A stretch of DNA of 64,000 nt from the human T2T-CHM13v2.0 reference genome, Homo sapiens, in assembly GCF_009914755.1 (NCBI RefSeq), contig NC_060942.1. One strand, 5' to 3'. Both the position numbers and the translations under genes were made by a program. Positions 1 to 12,454 of this stretch are shown in pieces. The notes under the pieces are model-generated. The model saw only the letters and a list, made by a program, of their open reading frames with translations. It made no database searches and was not told the DNA's origin. How positions within the stretch are numbered: position 1 is the first letter of the stretch; every line of letters starts with the position of its first letter.

Positions 1-169
1 CCTCAATTAGTACATGCTCTCTGTCCCAAGAGATTCAACAGAAGATGGTTCAATCAAATGGTTTGCTAGTCTATAATGGAGATTTAAAACTTACTTCCCT
101 TTATCTTTATCCCAGTCAGTTTCACATAATCAGGCCTGTCTTTTGTAACAAACCACTTCTGGGAACCAA
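1..169 (-). mobile_element. MaLR internal sequence 5' end (MLT1-int-like), degenerate
   Basis: Reverse complement of 151-169 reads TTGGTTCCCAGAAGTGGTT, resembling the MaLR post-LTR/PBS motif TTGGTACCAGAAGTGG; abuts an MLT1-like LTR. Confidence 0.45.
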
Positions 170-640
170 TGTGAGTATTACTGATGAATTTTTAGTTAGA
201 AGTTTCCAAGTAAAATTTATAGATTAAGAAAGGAGTTCATTAGCTCTTACAAAAGTAAAGACCAAGATATGTCTCTGACTTCAGAGATGATTAGAAACTG
301 TGGCTTCCTTCCATTATACTGCCGGGATAGTAGCTCTCTTTCTCTTAGTTCTTTCTTTCTCTGTATTTGCTTCTTTCCCAGTGGTGGAAGGTGGTGGCTA
401 AGATAGTCCCCAGTGATTTTCTAGGCATATTTCTCAGACCTAGACATCAGAGCAAGAGCGGAGATAAAGGGAGAGAGAGAAAAAAAGGGGAAGGAAAGAG
501 ATATTTTCTGATAAAAGACCCAGGGAACAATAATTGCCCTGGCTTGAGGCATAAGCCATTTCAGAAAAAAAAAATGTGGTATAACCAATGGATAGGATCA
601 CTTATACTGTCCAGGCCTGGACTGCATATCCACCACTGAA
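170..640 (-). mobile_element. Old MaLR LTR (MLT1K/L-like), degenerate; boundaries approximate
   Basis: Position next to the PBS-like motif and loose resemblance to old MLT1 LTRs. Confidence 0.35.
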
Positions 641-1289
641 CCATATAGACTGCAAATAAGCTACTGAGCAGAGAAACACATCTAACCACAACAGGAGTTA
701 AACAGATAAAGAATGTGGGGAAGAGATTCCAAGCAGCTGGTCTGGTACACACAAAAGTTCCTGTGGAAAAGGGAGATTGGAGATTTACTAGCTGAATGTG
801 TGTATAGTAGATAGAGACCAGCATTAACAGTGTCAGAAAATAAAAGAATATACACACAAGATCTACATGGTATCATTAGGAATTATATATACCCTTTATC
901 CTAAGAACAATGAGAATGCATTCTATGTGTTTTTTCTTTAATAGGAAAAGTGAGTTCACATTTGCATTTTGAAAAGATTACTCTGTAGCATGGAGGGCAA
1001 AAATGTTGCAGGCATTTCTGCTTGCTGGCTACTACCGGGTGCCACGGGAGGAAGCCGCTGAGTTGTACTGCAGTACTAACCCAGCTTCTAACCTTGTTAT
1101 GCTTTCTACAGACCTGGTAATGCTTTTCTGATTTTTCATTTTGTATTCCTCTCAGATTAGGATTCCTATTTCCTCTACCTGTTGGTCTTGGACCACCCTG
1201 GCTGAGCATTTGCCCAAGCTAGGCTGAACGTCAAGGACCCCTCATCTGAGTGGTGCCCCTGTGGGCAGTGACCCCTAATCTCATTCTCC

Positions 1290-1420
1290 GCATGCAAAAA
1301 GGAGCTGAACAAAAACTGGGAGAGGTGACGTGGAAATCGAAGGTCTTTATGACTAACTTTAAATCATATTTTTGTGTCCTGAAAGCTGGCTAGGAAGTGA
1401 AATCGACAGGAAGTAAGCTG
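1290..1420. promoter_or_regulatory. Candidate enhancer: cluster of bZIP/ETS/IRF motifs
   Basis: TGACGTGG 1326-1333, TGACTAA 1350-1356, GGAAGTGAAA 1393-1402, CAGGAAGT 1407-1414, in a locally GC-richer stretch with no repeat I recognise; motif evidence only. Confidence 0.3.
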
Positions 1421-3346
1421 AGATAGGGAGGACCACAGGACATATGGACAGAACATTATTTAACATATTCAAATTCTGATTGAAAGGATGGTAAAAGTAA
1501 ACATTTGGACAATTTCTATCTCATCTTATTATGTCTCTCCCTTTCTCCCGCCTGCTCTACCTACTTTCTTTCTCTGAGTTTGCCTTTATTCTCCTAGGAT
1601 AATCTAGTCTAGACATGGGTTCATAGGCTCAGTGAGATATTTTCAATATCTTAGGCATTTGTACTTTGTTTTCTCTTCTCTTTACTCTCCACTTATTCAT
1701 TTCTTATCTTTTCTGCTTATGCCTTCTCAATAAGCCAAAAAATAATGCAATTTGAATATTGTTGCCTCTTAAAGTACATATTATACTATGTGCTTTGGAA
1801 GTTTATGTAAAATAATGTAGCTTATGTTGATGAGGTCATAATTGCAACAACAATTTCTGAGTATCTGTATGGCAAGACTCTGTGATGAGTGTATTATACA
1901 ATATCTAAGCGGTCTCTTCTACAAAATTAGTCAACTAAATACTGGAAAGTTATTCCAACTAGATTTAATATAAATTTATGAGCACTTTATTAATACAGAA
2001 AGTAATATGAGCTGATGAAATTAATGTATATATTAAAATTCAGGACCTATGAGAAGTAAAATAACCATAGGTCATGTCAGCAAATATTTTCACATACACA
2101 CATATACATATATTTTTAATTTACCGCATGTATCTCTTCCCAAACATCTATAGTGCTTGAGAGATCAAGTCTACAATGGTAAGATTATTTATTACCCCAA
2201 AGTGCTCTTCCTGACAGCTAATGGCTTGTACACATCCTGATGATGTGGCACTGAAACTGAGAGAGATTTGGCTGGTCTAGTACATTTGCTCAGTCTCCTT
2301 GTCAGCTTTTAGGTTATTTTATTCTATAAGTGTCACATTCTTGTTTAAATAATTAATTTTGCCAGTAGCTTCAGGTTGGTTGTGTAAAAAAAAAATGTTG
2401 TACAAGTATAAATTTTGAAATTATATAGCACCTATGAATAAGCAAACTATAGTGTAGACCAATTCAAGAAACTATTCAATCAGAAAGACATACAGTGAAT
2501 ATTCATTGTTTGCTTACGTTTCATATTAGACGGCATAGTTCACCCATTGCTTCTTATACGAAATGAGAACACCTTGCCAATCTTTGTAGAATGATAGTCC
2601 CTTTTCTAGTTTTCATTTTTCCTGGAAAAAGAAAAAAGCAGGTTAAGAGAATAAAAAGATTTAAAAAGTGAAAGCCATTCATTCTGACTTCTGATTTTAT
2701 TCTAATGTATATAATTGAATATATAGTTATTCATCAACTGCATAAGGAAGAATATATCAAAGAGATTGGATACTTGATCCCCCAAAAGATTTCCCAATAC
2801 AAAATTTAAATGATTTATTTAGTATTTTTGCTGTGCTTTTAAATAACCTTGAGTGGAATGAGTAATACTTTAATATAATATATTATTTAATAATCTGAAT
2901 ATAGTTAGAGAAATCTTAGAGAACATATTTAAAAAATTAAATTATATGAGTACATGTAAGCTGATCTTTTTTTACATACACAAATATATTCTTTATTACC
3001 ATATTCAAGTAAAAAATATAAATGTAATTTATGTATGGATATAATGTGCTAAAATGATGAACAAGAACGTCGCCCGTAGATACATAACCTTCACATTTCA
3101 GAGTGAAAGGACTTTCCAATGGATTTCATAGTCCAAATAACTTAGTGATTTCTTCAGAAAAAAAATGCTTACTTTTTATGAAAAATTAAAAGAAAAGGTA
3201 CATTGTGCTTTATTTAAGTCTCAAATTTTGTGATTTTTCTGCCTCTGTGTTGTTTCTCCCACATTCAAAATAATCATGTTCTGTGTACTAATGGAGTAAC
3301 ATATGCCGACTATGGTGATATCTCAGGAATGTGGCATTATTTGCCT

Positions 3347-3347
3347 C

Positions 3348-3380
<33 letters not shown>
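3347..3380. repeat. (TG)n microsatellite
   Basis: Direct reading, one interruption. Confidence 0.95.
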
Positions 3381-3381
<1 letters not shown>

Positions 3382-5160
3382 TTCTGATAATGTGCCTATA
3401 ACATGATTTAAAAAAATCTTCTATTTCTTTATTTTCCAAATGTTTAGAAGTTTCATCATTGGTGTTTTTAATCCATAGTAATCTTTCATATGGAATAAAA
3501 TGTGTTTGCAGACCTAAGAAGGGTTGTATTTCAGTGATACCATTTCTTCCAGTTCTTCCAGTCTTTACAAAGCCATGTTCTGCCTGAGCAGTAAGGGCTC
3601 TGCTGCAGGCTCTCCAGTGCTGTGGCCACATGGTGTTTTGCCAGGACAATGTCACTAAGCCCCAGGTTCAGTGTGAAAAACGGGGACACTCTTACTCATC
3701 CCCTTACTGTGTTGGAAGGTATTGTTGCAACATGTTTTACTCTCTCTAAGCTTTCCACAAGCCTATAAATAATCTTAACTACAATTATTATTAGCCTAAA
3801 TTATCTTTCCTAGTACCTAAGAACTAAAACAATGTGATATTTCAGCTTAGCTGGACATCCGTTGTTCTACAAATCTTGTCTCAGGAGGTGAAACAAGCCT
3901 CGTAGTTTTGTTTTATCATGTTTTGTTTGTTTGTTTGTTGTTCATTTTTCTTTGCTCCTGGTAAATGAAGCTAGTAATAGCTGCCAACAAGATTATTTTA
4001 AAGTCAAATTATATAGTCTAATTTTTTTAAAAATCTCTTTCTCCTATGGTTAATGTGCTAAGAAAACATCTTCAGTCTATAACCCCTTAGAAAAGTCAGG
4101 AATCAAAGTTAGTCTTACAAGCAAGGGACAGCTTACAACCATCCACCTAAGTAGAAGAAGGGGTGTGCCAGCCCCCAGGGCCATAGCCCCCCATGGGAAA
4201 AATAGAACTTGCCTGCCAAAAGTTTGTAAAAATAAACAATGAAAGGAAAAAAAGTTAATACTTAAATTGTCATGTGTCATGCTGATATGAAATAATGCCA
4301 TTACCATCACGACTTCAGTTAATATTTAGCACTTGATACGTGTTGTGCTACCTATAATAATTTTATGTTTCAATAAGTTGGCAAACATGATCATCCTATT
4401 ATGTCTTGTCTTTTTCTACTTCTAGTAATTTGTTTTTCTTTATATGGTTTTATTCTGGAAAGTTCACTGTTTTTCTTCCTGCAAATTATATACTGTGAAG
4501 GCTAGAATTATTTTTGTGTAAAATCAACATTGGTTTTATTTGCATCCAGTTCCTAGATGTGTAATATCTGTTCACCCATCAAATATAATTACAATAGGCA
4601 AACCTGGAATTTACACACCTGGAAAGGTCACTTGAGTGAGTTCCAAAGCATCACACATTTACCTAATATCTTTAATTCTGTCAAGAAGGCAAGGACCTAT
4701 TGCAGTAGTTTAATTTATGCAGTTTGTATAATATTAACACCCTTAGTTATTTTCTATGAATGGTGTGAACATAAGCTCATAAGACAATGATACGAATTAA
4801 GGTTACAGAACATTTTCACCCTTTGTGCCTGAAAGCACATTATCAGAACCTGTTTGGTGGTGACAGCTTGCCCTGCCCTTACCAGTGCTTGGTGCCCTGC
4901 ATATAAACAGTGGGGGCTTTAATTGAAGAGACATGTTTTTCTCCCTGTTAGAGCACTATCGTTTCACATCACAGTTACAACCAGTGACATGCAGAGAGGT
5001 CTGTGCTCAAGATTTTTGACATGAAACATTAATCATTATTCCATCAGAGATCGTACATACACTATTAATCACTGAGTGAAACCATAATATTTTACAAAAT
5101 GAATCAAATGAAGTATTCAACAAATGCCATGCTAAGACCTTGTTTTCATAAAGATATTTG

Positions 5161-5192
5161 ACTGTTATATTTTACCACTGTTATATTTTACC
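5161..5192. repeat. Perfect 16-bp tandem duplication
   Basis: ACTGTTATATTTTACC x2. Confidence 0.95.
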
Positions 5193-5595
5193 AAAAACAC
5201 TGTTGGTGTTTTTGTGTTGTATATATCTGTGTGCTTTGATTTGTGAGGATATATGTGTATACGATCCCATTGGGACACACAGAAGGAATCATACAGTGAT
5301 TCATATAATCAAAATGTAAATATACTTTAATTTGCCATGGAAATAGGAGGAAGCAGACAATATTAATACAAGTAAAATTGGAAGTCCCAATGAATGCACC
5401 AAGTGAGATAAAAAATAACTGACATCATCACTAGAGTAATGAGTTGTGCATATGCCGTGTGGTTGCTTCTTCTTGAAGAGGTGCAACATGGCAATTGGTG
5501 TAGCTACTGATTCATGCTGATGAGGTTCTTAGCAGAATTGTATCTATGGTGAGACTTTCTGTTTAACTTAAAAATCAAATGAAAATATAAACACA

Positions 5596-5881
<286 letters not shown>

Positions 5882-6672
5882 TATACATATATATATACAC
5901 ACACACACATACACACATACATACACACACACACAGAGAGAATATTGAGTCATGTATACGAATGTATATAAAGATTGGGGAGAAAGAAATTCACTTGTCT
6001 CTCTCTGTGTAATCACACACTGCTCATTCCTTGTGTGTCATATACAAAAGGTCAAAACATATTTCAGAAGTAACCTATTGCATTTTTTACAGGATAGAAT
6101 TTTCTGGCAACTGGGCGGCAAAAATCTATTGAGTTGTCATTGCCAATGGCACACAGAGGTATTGCCTTAAATTGGGGCAAGGACAAAAACTCAGTGATAC
6201 TTCTGTCTCATTCCAGAAATGTGTTCTTGTTTGGATAATTCCAGTGGAGAAGTTTCTAATCAGAAATACTTTAATTTTTAATGCAGGCAACTTAAAGACA
6301 CTGCAAGGGCACACATGATAAATGTTCCCTCTTAGTGAAATGTATAATGCAGTTTATAACTGTTTGGATTCTGGTGAACACTGAGGGTCACAGCGATTTT
6401 GATCTCATGACAATAGTTCTTGGCAACTGTAAAAGATGGGTATGAATTTCTGGGGACACCAAAGCTTTTACAGAGAACTGCCTGTGAACACTTATTTCAA
6501 AACATCTTCATTTCTCTCTAGGCCTCTCAGTATCTAGCTATTTAAAAATTAATATATACATTGTAGTAGGGAAAAATGAAATAAAGCTAAAATGAGGTAA
6601 ATATTGTTCTCAGAAGAGGGGAAGTGAAAAAGTAGTTTAGCAGATATTCGTTTGACCTAAATTAATTATTTT

Positions 6673-6977
6673 ATTTATTTATTTTTGATACAAGGTCTTA
6701 CTCTGTTGCCCAGGCTGGAGTGCAGTGGTGTGATAACTGCCCACTGCAACCCCCAACTCCCCGGGCTTAAGGGATCCTCCCACCTCTGACTCGTGAGTAG
6801 CTGGGACTACAGGTATGCACTGTCATGTCCAGGTGATTTTTTTATTTTTATTTTTTTGTAGAGACAAGATTTCCCCATGTTGCCCATGCTGCTCTCAAAC
6901 TCCTATGCTCAAAGCAATCCACCCACCTCCGCCTCGCCAAGTGCTGGGATTACAGGCAGGAGCCACTGTGCCCGGTC
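6673..6977 (-). mobile_element. Alu, AluJ-like, full length
   Basis: Reverse Alu with J-type GGGCTTAAGGGATCCTCCCACCTC; 15-bp TSD TAAATTAATTATTTT at 6658-6672 and 6979-6993. Confidence 0.95.
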
Positions 6978-8404
6978 ATAAATTAATTATTTTAAATAGA
7001 AATCAGTATGAGGCTTCTCTTGTTGTTTTGTTTATAGTTAACTTTTTCCTAATAACTAGCATATTATCATGTTAGCAACAATACCTACTCATTCTGTAAG
7101 ATGATATGTGTAATGTCACAGGAAAAACTGATCATTTTCCTTCCAGTATGATGGGAGATTTTAAAGAGAAAATAAGCTCAGAGCAGGATAAAATTCACAG
7201 CCTAGTTAGTACTTTAGATAAATCAAACACTTCCCTTGAAGATGTGTTTTGTTACAGAAGTACTGTACACCCCATACAACAGCTGGGACCAGATAATTGA
7301 GTTAGATGCCTTGTGGGTGCTAAATATATGTTAGATTCATCCAAGATCTGTGCATAGGATAAGGTAGAAAGACAATAATCAAATAAAACTAAACAAAGAA
7401 TAACAACAACAATATTCTATGAAGGAAAATAAATGAGTGTGGAAAACGATATCTTTTTTCCTAAGACTTCTAACTTCCTAGATTAGTATGTGTGCTTCGT
7501 TATTTGTTTTTAACTAGGTATTACTGCTACCCACTCCTGAGACTTCGCCTGCATTGCAGAGGAAAAGCCAATCCTGCAGGATCCCCTTCTGCCTGTAGAT
7601 CACAGGATAGAATCTTCCAACATAGGCAATTTCACAAGATTTGGGGGAATGAGAAGAGAGAGGTCATTATTCTTCAGTTGCATGGCTAGATATGAAGTCC
7701 AAATCGCTTCTGGGAAATGTTTTGAGCATCACCCATGTCAGCAATGCAGATTGAAATAGAAGGTAGAGATTTCCAAAGGTTGGTGAGATTGACAGGGGAT
7801 TCGGGTGAGATGATATTGGATTTTCAGCAATTGCTGAGTGAGAATTTCAGAACTTCCTACTTTCAAGTGGCATGCTGACATCCTTGGTGATAGCTTCTCT
7901 GACCTCCATTCCCCAAACCTTGTCAATGGTTGCATCATCCCCTAATTATTTTCTTTTTCAAACTCTTTACTTACCAGTCACATATTCTGATGGATATATT
8001 GTGCTTCGTATAAATATAGTCTTATTCCTTTAGGCAGAAGATGAAATGCATGCTCTAATTCAGTATTATTTTTTGAAGACAGAGCCAGAAAAACTGAAGG
8101 TTCACTTACAGGAAGAAGGATATCTGAAATGTTTCTTATGCATCTAGCATGGTTCCAGATAGTAGGGAACATATTAATATCAGTGATGATAATCATGCAC
8201 CAAATCTCTGGCCTTATTGAGCTTCTAATTCAGTTGAGAAATAATACTTCAAGTGTACAGTGGCAATGGGGAGAAGGATGTAGGTGGGGAATTCAGTTAA
8301 GGGGTCTAAGTTGTAAAAAGGAAGTCTGCTTAGTAGGGAATTGTAATAACGCAGGTCAGAGTTGATGGTGGATTGAAGCAGAGTGGTAAAAGCAGAACCT
8401 TATG

Positions 8405-8530
8405 CATTCATCTGATTGTTGACTAATTTATTCATTCAAACAACAGGTTGAATGTATGCTCTGTGCAAGAACTACACTGAACACCAAAAACAAAATGAAA
8501 AAATGATGCTGGCCTTTGAAAAAATTAAAA
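8405..8530 (-). mobile_element. L2 3' end fragment (probably continues at ~10100-10270 beyond the ERVL insertion)
   Basis: ATTCATTCAAACAAC...GAATGTATGCTCTGTGCAAG resembles reverse-strand L2 3' terminus; downstream CATTTTGAAGGTAAAATCAACAGAATTG is L2-like. Confidence 0.55.
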
Positions 8531-8659
8531 AAGAAACATGATAAGTAGGTAACCTGTATGTTGTATTACGAGATTCCATGTTACGGATAAAAGACAAATC
8601 ACAGTGTGTGAGAGGTATGTGAGTTGTTGGAATGTGTATGAGCAATATTTAATACGGTG

Positions 8660-9539
8660 GCCTGGTTTTGTTTCCTGTCCTTATAATTTTATGTTCTCTT
8701 GGCCTCGAGGTTTATTTCCAAAGGGATACATGTTTCTACCAGGAGACACAAAAATGATTTCATTACACTGGAAGTTAAGACTGCCACCCAGAGACTTTGG
8801 GCTCTTCATGCCGCTAAATCAATAGGCAAAAAAGGGGGTTACTGTGCTAGCTGGGCTTATTGATCCTGGCTACTAAGGGAGGAATTGGGCTTCTATTCCA
8901 TAATGGAGGTAAGGAAGATTATGTTGGTAACACAAGAGATCCCTTAGGGTATCGTTTAGTGTTACCCTACTCTGTGATTAAAGTTAGTGGAAAACTGCAA
9001 TGCAATTCATGCAGAACTATTAATGACCCAGATTCCAGGAATGAAAATTGGGGTCACCCTGCCAGGTAAAGAACCACAACTAGCCAAGATGCTTGCTGGG
9101 AGCAAAGGGAATCCAGAATGGGTTGTAAAAGAAGGTAGTTATAAATACCAGCTATGACCACATGACCAGTTATAGAAATAAGAACTGTAATTGCCAGGAA
9201 TATATCATCTCTATTTTCTTATGAATATTTGTGTGTCTATCATCTATCTATTGACAGATTGATCAAATGACTTTGTTTACTTTCCTCTTATTGCTTTATC
9301 ATGTACCATAAATGAACTGACTTTATATCACAGTATTTAAGTTACAGAATATCAACAAGAAGATTAAACATCATTCAAGGACTTTACATTGGTTCTGAGG
9401 AAAGGATTAGTGAATTCTCAGTCGAATACAGGATGGTTGTATCATGTTAAGTGAAAGTATGACATCATTATTGTTTTATTGGCGATTAAGCACGGCTTAA
9501 AGAGGTGTGTGGGTTGCCAAGCTGACAAGGATCCGGACA
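8660..9539 (+). mobile_element. ERV-L (HERVL/ERVL-B4-like) internal 3' fragment
   Basis: dUTPase-like translation followed by 3' untranslated region and PPT-like GCTGACAAGGATCCGGAC immediately before an MLT2 LTR. Confidence 0.9.
8690..9190 (+). pseudogene. Disrupted ERV-L dUTPase / pol C-terminal coding relic
   Basis: ORF pieces LPGDTKMISLHWKLRLPPRDFGLFMPLNQ*AKKGVTVLAGLIDPGY* and GGIGLLFHNGGKEDYVGNTRDPLGYRLVLPYSVIKVSGKLQ match the ERV-L dUTPase pattern; in-frame stops and frameshifts. Confidence 0.88.
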
Positions 9540-9884
9540 TGTGATGGTTGATTTTATGTGACAACTTGACTAGGCCACAGTGCCCAGATATATGGCCAGA
9601 CATTCTGAATGTTTCAGTGAGGGTGTTTCAGGATGAGGTTTAAATTTAAATTGGTGGACTTTGAGTAAAGCACATTGCCCTTCATGGGAGTGTGCACTCA
9701 ACCACCTGAAGGCTCAAGTAGAACGTAAGGCTGATCTTCCCTGAGCAAAAGGGTGTTCTCTAGAAGATGCTTGTGGACTCAAACTGCAGCTCTTTTCTCA
9801 GTCTTCAGCTTGTTGACCTTCCTTATCAGATTTTGGACTCTCCAAATGTCTACAACCACATGAGACAGTTTTTTGAAATAAATC

Positions 9885-9886
<2 letters not shown>
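9540..9886 (+). mobile_element. MLT2C-like LTR (3' LTR of the ERV-L), 3' end missing
   Basis: Starts TGTGATGGTTGATTTTATGTGACAACTTGACTAGGCCACAGTGCCCAGAT; stops at the (CA)n tract without the terminal CTGACTAATACA. Confidence 0.85.
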
Positions 9887-9887
<1 letters not shown>

Positions 9888-9923
<36 letters not shown>

Positions 9924-9940
9924 ACACAGACACACACACA
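9888..9940. repeat. (CA)n microsatellite
   Basis: Direct reading. Confidence 0.95.
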
Positions 9941-10907
9941 TGAAGAGAAGTGGCAGTAGCTAATGTAGATTAAAAAATAATTTTTTAATATGGTAAGACT
10001 AAAAGTATCATTATATGCTGTTGTGAACAATACTATAGAGTAAATATATATACAAATGTAAGAGAAAATGATGCGATTAGTTGGAGTAATGTCCCCGAGT
10101 AGATAAGAAGTGATGAAATATACTGCCCTGGGGGATTTTGTTAGGAGTGTGCATAGATGAAGAAGGTAACAGTATGGAGTAAGAATATGTTGATAGCAAA
10201 GCATGGTGAGAAGGTGAAAAATGGAGGAACTTCATATGCATTTTGAAGGTAAAATCAACAGAATTGAGGGGAGTAATATAGTTATGAATCTGGAAAATGT
10301 TTAGTAAATAACTGTATTTACTTTTTCTTAGATATTATTTTTCTAGATATCTGATTTGAACAATTTATATATACTATGCATACAAAATAGAATATAAAAG
10401 TTGCTTTTGAACAAAGATACATTTAAAATCACTACCGATTAACTAATGGTAATTAAATAAGAATTAGAATAAATTTTTCATGGACTAATTTTATCAATTA
10501 CAAATTTAAAGATAAATTTCAGCATTCACATAATATTGCATATATATTTATATGATATATCTATTCATATCTTATACACACACAGAAATATATATTCCAT
10601 ACACATATTAGTTTATTATAAATCATGTTCCATTAGGATCTTTGGAAAGCTTTTGAACAATATCTAGAGCATAAATACGTTTATGCTTTTATTTTGTTAA
10701 ATAAAATATTCTTTTTTTTAGGCTAGTCAAGTGAATCTTTCTATTTCTTTCTCCTTCCTTCCTTCTTTCCTTCCATACTTCCTTCTCTTACCTTTTAGTT
10801 TATTTCCTTTCTCTTTTATATTTCTCTTCTCCTCCCTCCCTTTTTCTTTTCTTTTCTATACTTTTTAATCATTTATCATATTATCATTAACAGATATTTA
10901 TTAAGAA

Positions 10908-10966
10908 TTTAGTAGGTACTCCACTAAAGTACTTTAGTAGGTACTCCACTCCACTATAAGTACTTT
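10908..10966. repeat. ~25-bp tandem duplication containing a 16-bp palindrome
   Basis: TTTAGTAGGTACTCCACT at 10908-10925 and 10933-10950; ACTAAAGTACTTTAGT at 10923-10938. Confidence 0.9.
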
Positions 10967-11466
10967 AAAGCTTTTGAAGTGTACACACAATTGCTCCCCC
11001 TGAAAATGTATAGTCTTTATTAAAGGGACAAAGTTAATGTTTATGGAACAATTGGAAGCTAAGTATAAGTGATGTTTAATTCTGTCAATGCAAATAATGA
11101 TGACTCCAAGAGGTTAATTTTGGAAGACGAAGAGACCTTTTAGACAAAATTTCATTAAAAGGCTGACAATGGAAGACAGTAATCTAGTATCATTTTTAAC
11201 ATAATTATGACACATAATAAGTTATTCATGGCTATATTATCTTGCAATATGTTCTTTTTTCTTTCTTCCTATAATATATAGCACAATTGTTATGGGGTAT
11301 TTTGTAAGCAATATTCTTTACACAGAAAGTTATAGTCCATTTTGAAAATAGCTTTCTGAACTTGTCTCCAGCCAAAAGTAGGTCATACATACAGTAGTCA
11401 GAAGAAGAGAAAAATCAAAGTTTTAAAAAGCCAACTTGCTTCCCTACATTTTTTTTACTTTCTAAT

Positions 11467-11467
<1 letters not shown>

Positions 11468-11497
<30 letters not shown>

Positions 11498-11521
11498 TTG
11501 TGTGTGTGTGGGTGTGTGTGT
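11468..11521. repeat. (CT)n(GT)n compound microsatellite
   Basis: Direct reading. Confidence 0.95.
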
Positions 11522-12454
11522 TGCAGGGTGGGGGCATGTGTGATACATATACCTATCAAAGTTTAACAATTTGTACTCATGCATATAAGACAAGAATAAT
11601 ACAGAATGTGGGTAAAAAATTTTAATCCCAATAAAGGTGAATAAATCACAAACAGATCTAATGAGCTATAGAATGATAAGGCCATAGGGCATCAGCACAC
11701 CAAGAGCATAAAGAAATATCTGAATGCTGAAACCACACTGTTTCCTTTCCTGTGAAGAGCATTTTTCTTTGCCAAATAGAGTATTGGCTTTAAAATTCTG
11801 CCAACCTGTTTCCCATAGTCATCCTTTTCCTTTACTGAAGTGTCTGGTTTATCAAAATATTTGTGTGTTATTCATCAGTTTATAATGTCTGTGGTATGCT
11901 CAGTAGGTTAAAAATAATAAAAATGCACTGCACTCTAATTACTGGTTTGGTAATAGAATCCAATTTAGAATGTATACAAAGAAAGTTAAATTTTTACAGT
12001 AGCAAAAGAAAAAGTAGCCAATTGCTCAGGATTATTTTACCTAACTTCTAGTTTGATTTAAACCATAAGCTGGTAAATGCTATTCATTAACAAAAATAAC
12101 TTTTTCTTTGTTGTACTTACCTTAGAGGCCAAAGTATCTCAGATTGGTTGCCTATTCAGCAGTGACTTAAAATATCGAACAACAGGAATCAACTTTTGCT
12201 TTTTTGTTGTTCAGTTCTTATGTTTACTGAATAGTCACATCTTGCTGCTAATGATCTGAATGCACCAAATCCTGTTTGGAAGATAGCACTGCTCTTATTT
12301 TACCATTGCATGTTGATTGTTATCATTACCTTCATATGAAACATTCTATCTACCTATTATGTAGTTAAATGGTTTCTTTGTGTACTACCCAGGCTGTCCC
12401 AGGATCCCACATTCTGTAAAATGTAATACAAAGACTTAATTGGGTGTAATCATC

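Noticed and set aside
609-622. 14-bp palindrome GTCCAGGCCTGGAC (also TTATGTTAACATAA at 21797-21810)
   Set aside because: About four such palindromes are expected by chance in 64 kb (64000/4^7).
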